Of a stretch of 64,000 nt of DNA, positions 47,399 through 59,853 are shown piece by piece. Each line of letters opens with the position of its first letter. Positions within the stretch are counted from its first letter, which is position 1. This DNA comes from Paraspadella gotoi (taxonomy: Eukaryota; Animalia; Chaetognatha): positions 11,445,832 through 11,509,831 of the forward strand of contig CM119264.1 of the NCBI GenBank assembly GCA_051294375.1, in the 5' to 3' direction. Position numbers and translations under genes: made by a program. The notes under the pieces are model-generated. The model was not told where the DNA came from. It was given only the letters and a program-made list of their open reading frames with translations, and ran no database searches.

Positions 47399-50300
47399 AT
47401 GGGGAACGATTCTTCAACTCCGATTCCTCACCCGCCATCGGATGGACTTCCGTTTTTTTCAATATCTTTTACGGGAACAAATTGTAAGTGTTTAATAATG
47501 TGAATTCTTTTTTTTTTTACTCTTTTTTAAAGTTATCTAAAAAAAGAGGAAGAGAAAGTATAATACTAATTGCATCATTATAGTCAAATTAAGCTATTTA
47601 TTTAATTTTTTTCTTCTTTCAAGTATGAAAAAACTACATCGATGAATCCATAAAAGAAATATCAGTTTCGAATTTAAAAATATTTTACCATATTCTAGTC
47701 CGCGATTCTCTCTATCTTCATTATTGTCGGCAATCGGAAATCGTGATTATTTTGGATTGCATCAGGAAAAATTATCCACCTGGAATCGATTCTCATGAAC
47801 CTAAGGTATTTACTTTTTTCTTTATTATTTAATTTACTTTAAAAAAAAAACCCTCTAAATGACAAAATTAATAGTTATTAAATCAATACTTAATAATAAA
47901 AAAGTAACGTCGCCGTCTAGGTCGAATACGGGTACAAAATCAAACTGAACTGGGCGCCTTTCGAACACGTCTTCGCGGGCGGAACTTCGGAATCCATTTG
48001 GGCGAGAAGATTTTTGGCCGAAATTTTCTTGAGATTAGGACGGAGGGGTGAGCACCCTCGGATTCCTGCGCTACGTTTAAACGTATTCAGCATTATTTTC
48101 AAATACAGGATGGGTCCCGCTAGTGTCTTCGGACTTGCGCCGAATCGGCGACACTGCCACCGTCTTTTTCCAATACAAACCAGAAATGGCAAAGGTTTTC
48201 GAAGACTCGCGGTCCGTCGCCGTCGTCGGCCTCCACGAATCCACGGAACTTCAGCTCATCAACGTCGACTCTGGATTAGTAAGAGCTTGCTTGTGCGGCC
48301 AGGATCTTGTGGAAAAGATCAAATTACGATTTGACGTGTTTGCTTGCTTGTGCGGCCAGGATCTTGTGGAGGAGATCTAATTACGATTTTACGGTTGTTT
48401 TTTTTTTAGGTTCAGCTTTTGTTTGATGTCGTGACTAAATCCTGGCACAAAAAAGTAACAATGAAGGACAAGATAACTGACAAGAAAAACAACTTCGATC
48501 CTATAACCATTCAGGTGTGGAACTTATTATTTTCTTGTTTGTCCAATTTCTGTTAACTGATAGATAATAGTTCGCCAACTCAGAGAAAATTTATTATTTG
48601 CTATTAGAGAAAATTACAAAGAAAATATATTGTGGCGCAAAACCATTTGATCTCAGGTGATGGATCTTGAAGGAAGTCCTTGGGGATATACCACTAACGA
48701 GGGTGAGGCCGTCCACGGCCGACTTGTCGTTCTCAGAATCATTGAAACAATGGCCACTCAGGTTGGTGGATGTACTTTTAAACACTTCAAGAAGAAAATT
48801 TTCCGAGTTTAGATAAGTAATTATAATATAATTATAAAAAATCTCATGACTTGGCCATCTGCTTACGAACAATAACTAAAGCAGATGAAGGGATTATATT
48901 CTTTTAACTTTCGCTCAGGGTTGGCGCCTCATCCTCAACTGCAACATTCGGCCGACGACGGATTCATTGTTCTTCGTGCAGGATCCTTGGGCAACGGCGA
49001 CGGATCATTGCGTTGGGGCCAACATGTTCGGCATGGGTCTTCACAAGATGGACGAATTCAGAATCGTCGGTAAAGAAATACAATTCAGTAAAATTAGTCA
49101 GTTGAGGTTCTGTTTGGTTTCCTCAATAATCCTCATAGAAGTTCATCTTAACTGTTCATTCATCTTTTAATAATAATATGTATGTTTTTGTTAATCCATT
49201 TTTTAGATCAGTTATTTTATTGAATGGTTTCAGGTCGTTTGCCCAATGACAACACTTGGCAACATTTGGTGGTAAATGCTTTGTCCAATGTCATCAAAAC
49301 ATATTGGCCTTGCGGGCTCAAACGATCAGAACAAGAGGTAAACTAATACAAACACCAATGCCTTTTTTTTACTATTAATTTAAAAAAAGGGAATATTTTT
49401 GAACTTCAGGAGAGCTTTTATGTTTTGGAAATGCATGGAACGCCGTGGTGGGCGGAGGGAACTGACGCCGTTCAAGCTCGTCTCATGTTTGCAAAGGTAC
49501 GTACAATAATTTTTTTTTTCATTTAATCGTATTTATTAATGCTTTTGTATTACGTACAGGTTCTTGAAGCTCTAATGTCTCTTGGTTGGATGGTTAAGTC
49601 CACCATCGATTGCTCACGAAAAGACAACGATAAAAACTCCTGCTTCTTTGAGAAATGCAATCCCATAAACGCGAGTGTGGTGGTAGTAAGTAACTATTTT
49701 TGGCATTTTTCATCTCACGAGAAGAACATGAAAAAGGACCTCATGATTTAGTTGAGCTTCAACGAGTCGGACAAGATTCGCGCCATCAACTGCCCCAAGG
49801 AACTGGTGGATAACATCGACAAGTCGATCAGAGAGCAATGGGTCGTTCAGCGTCGCCGACAGTACGGCGCCTCGGAAGAATGGAAGCTTGAAGGGTGTCC
49901 TTGGGACTGGGGACATTGGCAAAACAAAGGTTGGAGGCTTTTTTCGGCGAGAGATTTTCTGCGTAATATTTACTGATTGTTAAAATAAAAATCCTTTTTA
50001 AGCTCTTGCCGTCAACCTACTGTACATGCTGCACCAAAGCGGATACGTTATGCTGTGTTCGGTCGACACCTCGGCTAAGTACTATCACCAACACCACGGA
50101 CCTGACTACCCACTGGATGTGCACTCGTGGTACCTCATCTCGAAAGGGGCTCATTCTGCCCTTAAATCTCCTGGTGGAGCCGGCACAATGGCCACCGTTC
50201 CAGGTTTTCTACAGGTACAAAATATTCAAATTAAATATGTTTGGTTGTTTGTTAACGCATATATAACTTAAATTGACTATTCCTCTATTAATTTTTTACC

Positions 50301-50710
50301 TATTTAAAAATTTTACCTTTTTTGTGCTTACTTTGTTGCCTGAATATATATTTTTTTCGTTATAATTTTGAATTAGTTGATGGGATGAAGATGGCATCAA
50401 ACTGGTTATTAACTATTTACGGGCATATGTACACATATATACTAATAAAATAATAAATAAAATATCATTTTAACTACGTTTCTAGATTATATCAACTTAA
50501 GTATGTCTTTGTCCAATGTCAATGTCCAAACAGCCACCACCATATTATTCCGAAGCGCCCCCGCCCTACGCCTACTTGGCGCCGTCGGCGCACACAACGC
50601 CGGTCAGTTCGCGCCCAGCAACCCCAGAAAAAGAGGGGGAACCTTCCGCCCCGCCCTTGGAACCCTACGGCGTCCCTCAATGGGGTTCATCACTTTATCC
50701 CAAACTTTGA
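47399..50710 (+). CDS. Uncharacterised four-repeat protein, paralog 2 (~577 aa): MGNDSS myristoylation motif; C-terminal PPPY x2, PSAP and LYPKL
   Basis: Exons 47399-47483, 47699-47805, 47921-48047, 48109-48278, 48410-48514, 48657-48761, 48919-49069, 49234-49337, 49410-49496, 49560-49685, 49752-49929, 50003-50214, 50534-50710 (1734 nt, all GT-AG, in frame). Confidence 0.9.
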
Positions 50711-51302
50711 TCAACTTATGCGTCCATTATTTTGGTCGCCTTTGCAAGCATTTGTTATACTCGCGTTTATTATCTAGTCCAGATGATGTAGATGTAGATG
50801 TAGATACTTCTCTACTTATTAGAATTTTACAACTTCATTTTTCATTTAACAATATATAGAAATCATTCATTAGTTGTAGAAAAAAAAATAACTGCTGATG
50901 TCTTCTTCATTCATTTCGATCTTTTTTTTCTCAAATGGAACATAAATGAATAAAATACAGATACTATCTGAGGTTTTAGTTTGGTTTCTTTTCTTTCAAG
51001 AAAAAAGAAATTTTGTAAAAATCAACGGAAAAAGAAAAAAAAATCGAGGGAAGAAATATGAGAGGAAATTGAATTTTGAATGATTTTATTCAAGAAGTGG
51101 AGGTAACACGTACTATCAACGATGCTCAATTGTTTAACCAGCTTCCTTGATGTAAGAAGCCGTTCAAACAATCCTAGTTAACGTTAAAAAAGGAATGTGG
51201 GAAAAAAGCTAACTTAGTTCGAGTCAATTCGCAGGAAACGTAGTATTACGAAGCTTTTTTTATCTTTAGTTTTTATTGAGGTTAAAAATTTCATCGTCAG
51301 TC

Positions 51303-54300
51303 ATGAAGTTTAAAAGTTTATTGAAGAAAATTTCCAATCCGGTACCGGAAAATGTTAACCGTAACGTCAACAACTCTGTCGATGACAATGTGAATGATAA
51401 CGCCGATGAGGCTGGAGACTGCTCATTCAAAACTGCCCTGGGTTTGCATATAAATTTGATTTATTTACAACCGATTCTTAATTTGAAACTTCAATGCATC
51501 TTCTTCAGACGATTACGCGGTCAAGGTGAAATCAAAGAACATATTGAAGTACCCTTGTCCAGGTGGGACGCAAAATATTTTCTTTTTTTTTTCTTTAAAT
51601 ATCATAATTTCGGAAATAATAGGTGAAATTTTCAATCAAATCGTTATTCATTCAATTTCTATGTCATTTAAGTCAACTGCGGCACGCCTTCCCGGCCCGT
51701 CATGAAATATGGCGAAAACTTGGCTTTCTTTAAAATGGATCCTTTCGGAGGTTAGTTTGGCTCTCGAGTGTCCACTGTCCAAGGATTTAAAATCTGGGGG
51801 TTGTTCTTTGTAAATTTTTTTCTTTGTTTTGTTTTGTTTTTGATTTTTACTTATTCTTTAACCATTTTACAATTTATTCTTTAAATTGTATCCTTTCACT
51901 AACCAATAAGCGGACAAAAACTCTAACCGCAACGAAGCCGGAGACGGCTGCGCCAAGGAAGGCAACGAAGATTCAAAAAACGCCGGTGCAAATAAAAACA
52001 AAGGCGCCGGCGACGAGGGCGGGGCCGATGGTGGCGCCGCGAATGTTAACGCCGAAGTCGGTGGAAAGAAATCGTCGCTGCCGACGATGCCTTATCTGGG
52101 AAGAGACGATCACAATCCGCCCATGCAAAGCATCGCTGGTAGGTTGGCCGGTTTAAATTGTAAATTCTTAAGATGACCAGACCAATTTATCAGACTTTTC
52201 GAGGTACCAATTTTTTGTGGTCAAATATTTAAATTCGCCTCGATAGTTCTAGGATAGGGATCGTTCATACTAAATTTCAATAAATCTGGTCACAAAAAAG
52301 GGGTACCTTGAAGCCTTCTGTAAACCGATATTAATAATGCCAGTAAGAAGTTTACTAAAAATGATCCCTTTTTTTTCTTCTTTTTTTTCTACCCGCGACG
52401 CCGTCTATGTCCAGACTACGTTCGTGTCGCGGAAGAGCTGCCCAACACTCCGATTGTCGAGATCGATTTTGTCGACGCGGAATTTCAAGATTCGGAGCAC
52501 ATGACCCGAGTCTATCACAAGCTCATCTCGTAAGAGTTCTTGCGGTCTTCATCAGTTGTCAGAACCAAAATGTCACTTAAATATGATGAACGAAATTCCT
52601 TTTTTTTTCACGTCACCTCCGTAGCAACATTCACGACGAGCTCGATGCCGCTCACACACCTCCGAAAAAAGAACAAAGTAAATCGCGATGATCAGAAATG
52701 TTTTCTTTTTTGCAACGCGTAAACTAAACCTTGTAAATTTTCTCGGTCTCAGACAAATGCTGTGCCTTCAAAAAGGCCCCTCCGCGCCTCGGCCGGTGGC
52801 TGGAGAGAGACGTGGCCGACTCATTCAAAACCTTTTCCTCCAGCACAGAAATTGAGAATTCCCCGCTGGAAGAAGCGCTTTTCGAAGTTAGTTTTATATT
52901 AGGAAATGAATAAACATGATCACAAAACTAACTTAATAAAGGGAAAAAAATGAAAAAGATGCTTCCAAAATTGCTATACTCTCATAGCTCTAAAAAAATT
53001 GTTTGCCAGTTTTAATTTTCATCTTTGCAATATAATCATAATAAATAAGTAAAAAGAATTAACTTTGAGTCTCGGTTCTTATCTATAGAGTGTCTCAAGC
53101 GTACAATCACTTTACAAATGAATACAGGGAATCAGTACAGTTATAAAAAATGTATTTAATGTATTCGTTGTATCCAGAAATTCTTACAGTTTTATCTTTA
53201 TTTTTAAAATCAAACAATTATATCTTATTTTATCAGCACTCAAAGTCAATGTTGGCAATATGCACAATTATATTTTTCATTAAAAGCAGGACTACTTTAT
53301 AAATTTAATATCACCAAATTTTTTGGATCAATTGTCAAAACAAAATTCCCCTTCATTTGAACTTTGCATTGTGTCAATAAAAATAGAAATACACATGATA
53401 ATATAGATACCAAAAGAAACTGTATGAACTTATCTTTCCGATGTTTCTATCAAATTGATAATTTACCTTACCAATTTGACACAGCGTTCATTTGTAAAGC
53501 GAAGTTTTTGGCTCGACTTAAAATATAAAATATAAAACGCGTTATGCCGAATTGATAAAATAAGGTGGGGGAAGCTTACGATTGCGTGGCCAGCCTGAAG
53601 GACGAGTTAAGAAGCAACGTTTCGCTCTACTTTTTGGAATCGATGAAGACTTTTATAGACCTCGACTTCAAATGCATTGAGCAAAGCAGGTCCGACGAAA
53701 CCGACAGAAATTTACATCTGAAATTATTTCGTCGTTTCTTTTTCTTTTTTCCTTTTTTCCTTTTCCTTCTGCTACTTTCTATGTATAAAATGATTCTATT
53801 ATTAGCCGTTAATTTACCGTAGCAAGCAAGTCTACGAGGCGGCACACAAAATTCGTAAGGCCAAGCTGACTGGAGTCGGGAAGTCGGTGTTGGAAGAGAT
53901 GAAGAAGACGTTCTCCGAATCCCGCGCAAAGACTCTGCAACAATTTCATGTGATTTTTTTTCAATTTTTTATATGGCGCATCCTGTGACGCATAAACTGA
54001 AATACACTTCTTTCAGTTTGTATTGCGGTCGGACTACTCGCAAATCAGTAAGCTTATCGGTGAGCAGTTAATAATATTTTTTTCTGATAATTTATGTTAA
54101 TTTTTTCTTATTAAAGACTTATTGTATTTTCTACGAATTGGTTAGAGTAAGCCTCGTCCGTTTTTCTAGATTTGGCGGAATGTTGGCTGTTGTACTTTCG
54201 CGAGGGATACGCGGTGTTCGACTTCCTTTGCCACAGTCTCGAATCAAAAGCTTTGAGGATCAAACCTCGCCGCCACAAGAGGCTTTGCATCATTCCGCCA

Positions 54301-56714
54301 AGGTAGGTGGTCAACGTCGTCACGTTTAATTTCTTTTTTAAATCTACTTTAAAAAAGTGAAAAAACTTAATTAAAAGAGATGCAAGAAGAGTAATATTTA
54401 AAGCACGCGCCCTTTACAGCCGCCTCGTTTCCTTTTCAGACCTCCCATTCAGATCTTGGCGCATCAGAGGATCAAGCACAGCGAAGAGGCTAACGAGCAC
54501 CACGGTAGCGGCGAAGGAGGCAAGCAAAAACCCAAGTCTAAGAACGCGGCGACGTCGACGACGTCGATCGTCAAGCGGCGCCGCGGACACAAGACGCGAG
54601 ACCGGAATATCAACTTCGGCATCTCGAAACGGTCCAAAAAAGCCGCCGTCGGCCTCGCCCACCATCACGAGATGGCTGGAGAAGTCCCCACCGAGCAAGT
54701 CGGCTCCGTGTCGGCCGGCGGCGCCGCCTCCGACCGGAGATTGGTGGGCGTTCGAACGACTGGCCTCGCCGACTCGGAGAAAGTGGGCGGTATTCTTTCA
54801 ACCGCTGACGCCGATCGCGTCCCCGGATCAGCAGCCGATCGTTTCTTCTCGCGAGTGGCGCCAGAAGAGGCACCGGGCTCAGAACTCGAAACCGTGGGCG
54901 GCGGCGCAGGATTCGTCGACGCTAGCGTCAATGCTGGGGATCCACCAAAAGCAGTCCCGTCGGGCGGGCTGTTTGCCAACATGGCGGCGCCGGCACGTCA
55001 TCAATGCGCGTGTCCGAGAGATCAACTCATGTTCCTGCCCGCCATGGCCCCGGCGTCGAGCTTCGGCGGACCATCCCCATTCATGGCGCGACCGGCGTCG
55101 AGGCCGGGATCCGAGTCGGCGGAATCGGAAGAGGAAGAGGTTTGCCTGATTTTGTGTGTTTGTAAAGTGGAAATGTGGTGAAGGGTCTCGTGATCTGCTT
55201 TCTTATCTCACGAATGTGTAAAGAATCGATTCGACAATTTCAGACAGAAAAAGTTAAAATTTTATCATTTGCAAACTTCATTATACGAGTTTGTTTCGCT
55301 TTTCATCCGCCGACTTAAAAATGTCGCTCTTTGCGCTACTGATTTCGTTCCATTCCGATTAAACAAAAGGCTAACGGCGGGAACGAAGATTTAAGCGTTA
55401 AACGCCTCTCGCGGATTTAGACGCGAGGATTTTTTTTTAGTCGGGTTATGATCGGTTGTGTTATCGACGATGGCGCCCGAGTTTTGCGTCAAGTTCAAGA
55501 ATAAGATCAGGCGGATTACTCGGGGAGAGAGTCGCCAGTCGAACAACAGTAACCATAGGAATCGTAACCAGGCGAGCATATCGATTAAATCAGTGCACTG
55601 CGCTTCCGTAAGCGGCCTGTTCCAAAGATGAAGAGAGGCAGGAGCGCAAGTAATCGATAGTGACGCGTTTTCTTTCATCCGTAGGAGGTGACGGGACCGA
55701 CATGCGAGTGTCACTGCGACTGCCCGGAGCTGGAACCGGGCTTCCCCAGGTGAACGGATGACCCATTCTAGACCTCAGTTTTTATCAATTGATGATTACA
55801 AAATTGCGATTGAGTTCGATCGATAATTCAATTTTTCAGTTTTTTATTAGCTTTTTTTTTGTTTTGTTTTTTTTTTGCTAGGTGGTGGAAAGACGCTGAG
55901 AAAAAACGAGAGGCAGAGAAGCACGCGGCAAAGCTAGCGCGGAAAACACAACCCGCACCACCGCCAGAACCTGAACCGGAACCCGTGCCGCTGACATGCT
56001 AGTGAGAAAAATTAATAGAAAGAAAAAAGGGAATCTACGAATGATTGAACAGAACAAGTAGGAAAAAAAAAAGAAATGAGAAAGAAAAATAATGAATAGA
56101 AACAAAGAGAATAACAATGAGGGAAAGGAAAATTCACAATAATATCCCAACCTTCTTTCCAGCGGTCCGAATCACATCCTAAAAGGACCGTGCGTCTGCG
56201 AAGAGGAGACCATTCGGCGGTTGAAAGACGCCGACGAAAACCGAGACTTTCTCGTTTATCGCCAAGCCAGGGAGCAGCACACGCCTTACGCGTTAGTCAT
56301 TTGTTTTACTTTGAAACGATTTTTTTTTAAATTAAAACTAAAGAAATGCATTTACTATCTCTCTCTCTCTCTTCTGCTCCTCTCTCTTCTCCCTCTCAAC
56401 CCAATACCCTCCCCTTTCTTCCCATCCATGTACTACATAGTTTCGTTCGCGCGGCTCCGAACGCGAGTTTTCCGGGAAACGTCGGCGATGCCGTGGAATT
56501 GGTCTTTAAAAACAAGATTAAAGGGTATGCATATCGTTTGAGTAATTAGAAAGTATCAGCTTTATCGAGAAAAGATGACCCCGTTAACGACGACCAAATT
56601 ATTCGGTTTTCAAGCGAATACAACTGCCGCCTACTGGACGGTACCAAGAGACAGACGACGATTCCATTTGAATATCTCGACGTCATCGTCGACGTCGACA
56701 ACCGAAGAAAGTGA
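51303..56714 (+). CDS. Divergent endophilin-like protein (BAR domain, long low-complexity linker, degenerate C-terminal SH3)
   Basis: Phase-consistent exons 51303-51441, 51509-51562, 51673-51750, 51911-52138, 52415-52529, 52625-52677, 52753-52886, 53565-53689, 53823-53949, 54017-54059, 54170-54302, 54440-55139, 55685-55749, 55882-56001, 56163-56291, 56441-56524, 56615-56714. BAR-like segments VDAEFQDSEH, LEEALFEVGEAYDCVASLKDELRSNV, TFSESRAKT and QISKLIDLAECWLLYFREG resemble endophilin A helices. The C-terminus GDAVELV...IPFEYLDVIVDV resembles SH3. The start codon is uncertain. Confidence 0.7.
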
Positions 56715-57666
56715 AGCCGACCGCGGACAAGCGTCCGGCGCAAGTGAAACCGGGCGACGTGGAGGTCGAAAGTTGATTCATGCAAGGATTTTTGCGACAA
56801 CCGTCTCTGCAATAAAATGATTAATGACAAACGTCTTGATCGATGAATCGATTTTAGCTAGACAGAAACAGGTTTTTAAGTACTGAAATTTTAAGACGTT
56901 TTATATGTAGATTTTCCGCGAACTATTTATTTCCACGGGTTTAGCCTTTCGTTTTCATTCATGGATCGACCTGATCTATGGCGTTATTTTATTTCTTTTT
57001 TTCTTGTTTTTAACTTTCTATCCGATTAGTCTTGTGATTGCTCTTTTTTTTTCACGATTTCTTCTAACCCTTCCATTTTTCAATGCGCGCTTTTGTTTAT
57101 CATTTTATGCCTTTTCTCTTTCTCCCAACTTAGAGCGCACGAAATGTAGAGAGAAGGAGGGAAGAGCGACCCAATGTTGAAACCGGGTTTCGCTCCTCTC
57201 TTATATTTCCCTGTTCGCTTCGCTTGCAGACTGCCGAGTGGCAGGAAGTGACGGATTAGCCAGGAGCGTTGCAGCCGCGCCTCGTCCCTTCGCTGTTTAA
57301 TTCGTATGGTCGCTTTAAAATTTTTCATCTTTTTCTCTATTTCAAACCAAAAAAATCACGTGGATTATCTTATAGAGTATACTTAATGTAATGATATATT
57401 TTATTCCTTGGCAATTTTTTTTTTACATTCCTATGAGAAAATCCGGAATGAATGATGACAATAACTATAAGCCATTTCTTATGCAATGAATAAGCCATTT
57501 GGTGATTCAATAATTCAATAATTAATTTGTTTTGAAAGCTGGCCGTTTCTAAAACAATATGTGACATAATAAAAACACTCAGTAGTTGCTTTATTTAATC
57601 TTTAACCTAGTGACCTATTGATTCTTCTGGACGCTCTAAGCGTATTCGGTATTCTCACTTATTCGA

Positions 57667-57759
<93 letters not shown>

Positions 57760-58156
57760 CATAGAAAAAGGTTCCCGAGATTAAATTTTATCTCAACTCA
57801 TTCAGTTTTGTTTATCGAGATAAAAAATACCATTAAGTTCCAAAAACGTTTTGTTATCATACCAAAAATTCGATAAAAACAAAATTATTTCCCTGGTCAA
57901 AACATTGAAAAGTTTACATTTTAAAAGCCGTAGTGTTGAAGATCTGATGTTTGTCTCGAAGCATCTCTCCTTTCGTTGGCCAACTTGCTGTAACCAAATT
58001 ACGGGTTCTTTTCTGTTAAGCTATTTCTGTTCTATTGCCACATCTCCCCCCGAAAAAAAAACTTCCTTGACGCGGGAGGGAAAAAAACTCGGTTCATTCG
58101 GTTCTCCTTCACTTTTTTTCTCGATGCGTGTTGATCGTGGGGCGAAAACCACACGT

Positions 58157-58171
58157 CGAAGTTTCTCGAAA
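58157..58171. promoter_or_regulatory. Perfect three-unit heat-shock element
   Basis: cGAAg-tTTCt-cGAAa (nGAAnnTTCnnGAAn), ~1.7 kb upstream of the sHSP ATG. Confidence 0.5.
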
Positions 58172-59853
58172 CGACGGAGAAGAGGAAGAAGAGAAGGGAG
58201 AGAGAGTGAGGAGAAGAAAGGAGAGAGAGAGAGAGAGTCATCGACGGCATCATCGATACATCCGACGGAAAGCGAAACACGAACCTCTGGCTCACCTTGT
58301 TACGTCGAGTTCATTTTAATTTTCGATGTTGTAGAAAAGAAAAACCGGCTGTCGATAACCATTATAACCAATTAGACGGAAGAAGAGGGGAAATTTTTTC
58401 TGCAACGGGTTTTCTTATTTTTTTTACCTCCCCGACTGAGTTTGCTAAGTCGACCCGATCGGGCTTCTCTGCTGCGTTTGTACAGTCATAAAGTTCACCC
58501 ACCGGATAATTGATTTTAAAGTGGGGGAAAAAAATTTATTACACAAAGAAATTTTCTGGTTTGTTAATATCGACTCATTTACTAATTAATATATCACATC
58601 CAAGAATTCGATGCTTAAATTAAAATTTAGAGTCAAAATTGATCTTTGAAGCAAGCGTGGGCGTTTTGAAAACGTTTTGTATCGCGTATAAAGATCGTTT
58701 GTTCAAGTTGAGCTTTTAGTTGTAGACTTTAAACTCAAGGTCAATTATGTTCCTATGAAGCTAAAAATTACATGTCATTTGCAAAGAATTCAATTAATCG
58801 CAACCGTTTCATAAAACTCCATCGATAAACGATTATTATTTATAATTTTCATTAAACTTGCTATGTTCAAAATTTCTAATATATTTCGCGTCATTTTTTT
58901 GTTTTTTTTTAAGTACATGGAAGCAAGCCAAAGGTTCGCACTTTGAAATGCCCTTCAATAACAATATTTTTTATTTCTTCTTTTCTGGAGTTTTCAGAAA
59001 GCGAATAACGTTTAATATTCGATCTTGTGTCGTCTTTTTCAAAGCACGCAATGGAGTGTTGAAAATCCCTGCTAAATTTTGTTTCTCAAGCGAAAATCTT
59101 CTGAGGCCTTGGCTTATTCTTAAGCGTAATCTCGTTCCACGATTCTTATTTATTTATTTTCCAGATAGAGAGAGANNNNNNNNNNGAGAGAGAGATTAAA
59201 AGGAAGCAGTGTTAAATCTCACTGGTGAGCTTAGGGAGTTCTTGCATCATAAAATAATTCAAATTTTTCTCCAGAAAGCAAAATTGGCATTTAAACATAT
59301 TGCGCTCTAATGCTCTAATAACATTTAATTACAACAATGTTTTCATCACATTTTCATCAAATTTTCATAACATTTTTTCCTAAATTACATTTATGGCTGG
59401 AAAAGTCTCTTCAAAATATAATTTTCGTGTTTGGATCGATTTGTAATTCGTAAATAACGATTATATTATATTAAGCTATTTCCCAAAAAGTTCGCCTTTT
59501 ATATCATTAAAATTTAATAAGTACTAGTATAGTTTATTACATTAAATTTTTATCTATTTCTATCGCTTTTCGATTAGATTTTCTAATTTTTAGATTTCGC
59601 TCTTTCGTGATGACCGGACAATAAATCAAGTCATTTCGGTTTTTTTTTTTAATCCACAAAGAGGCTTTGAATAAAAACATATCGGCTTTCTGCCCCACAG
59701 TACAGTTCCAGTTTATTCCATTTCCGAATGATTCTTTGTTCGTATTCAAGCCCTGATTATGTACCTTTACTTTTATAAGTTTATGCACCATTGAGATAAA
59801 AATTACAAGCATTTTCTTAAAAAACGGTCGATTTAACCAACGATTTGCGCGCA

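Noticed and set aside
56525-56614. Stop-codon readthrough (in-frame TAG at 56547 inside the SH3 region)
   Set aside because: A 90-nt GT-AG intron removes it and gives a more compact SH3-like domain.
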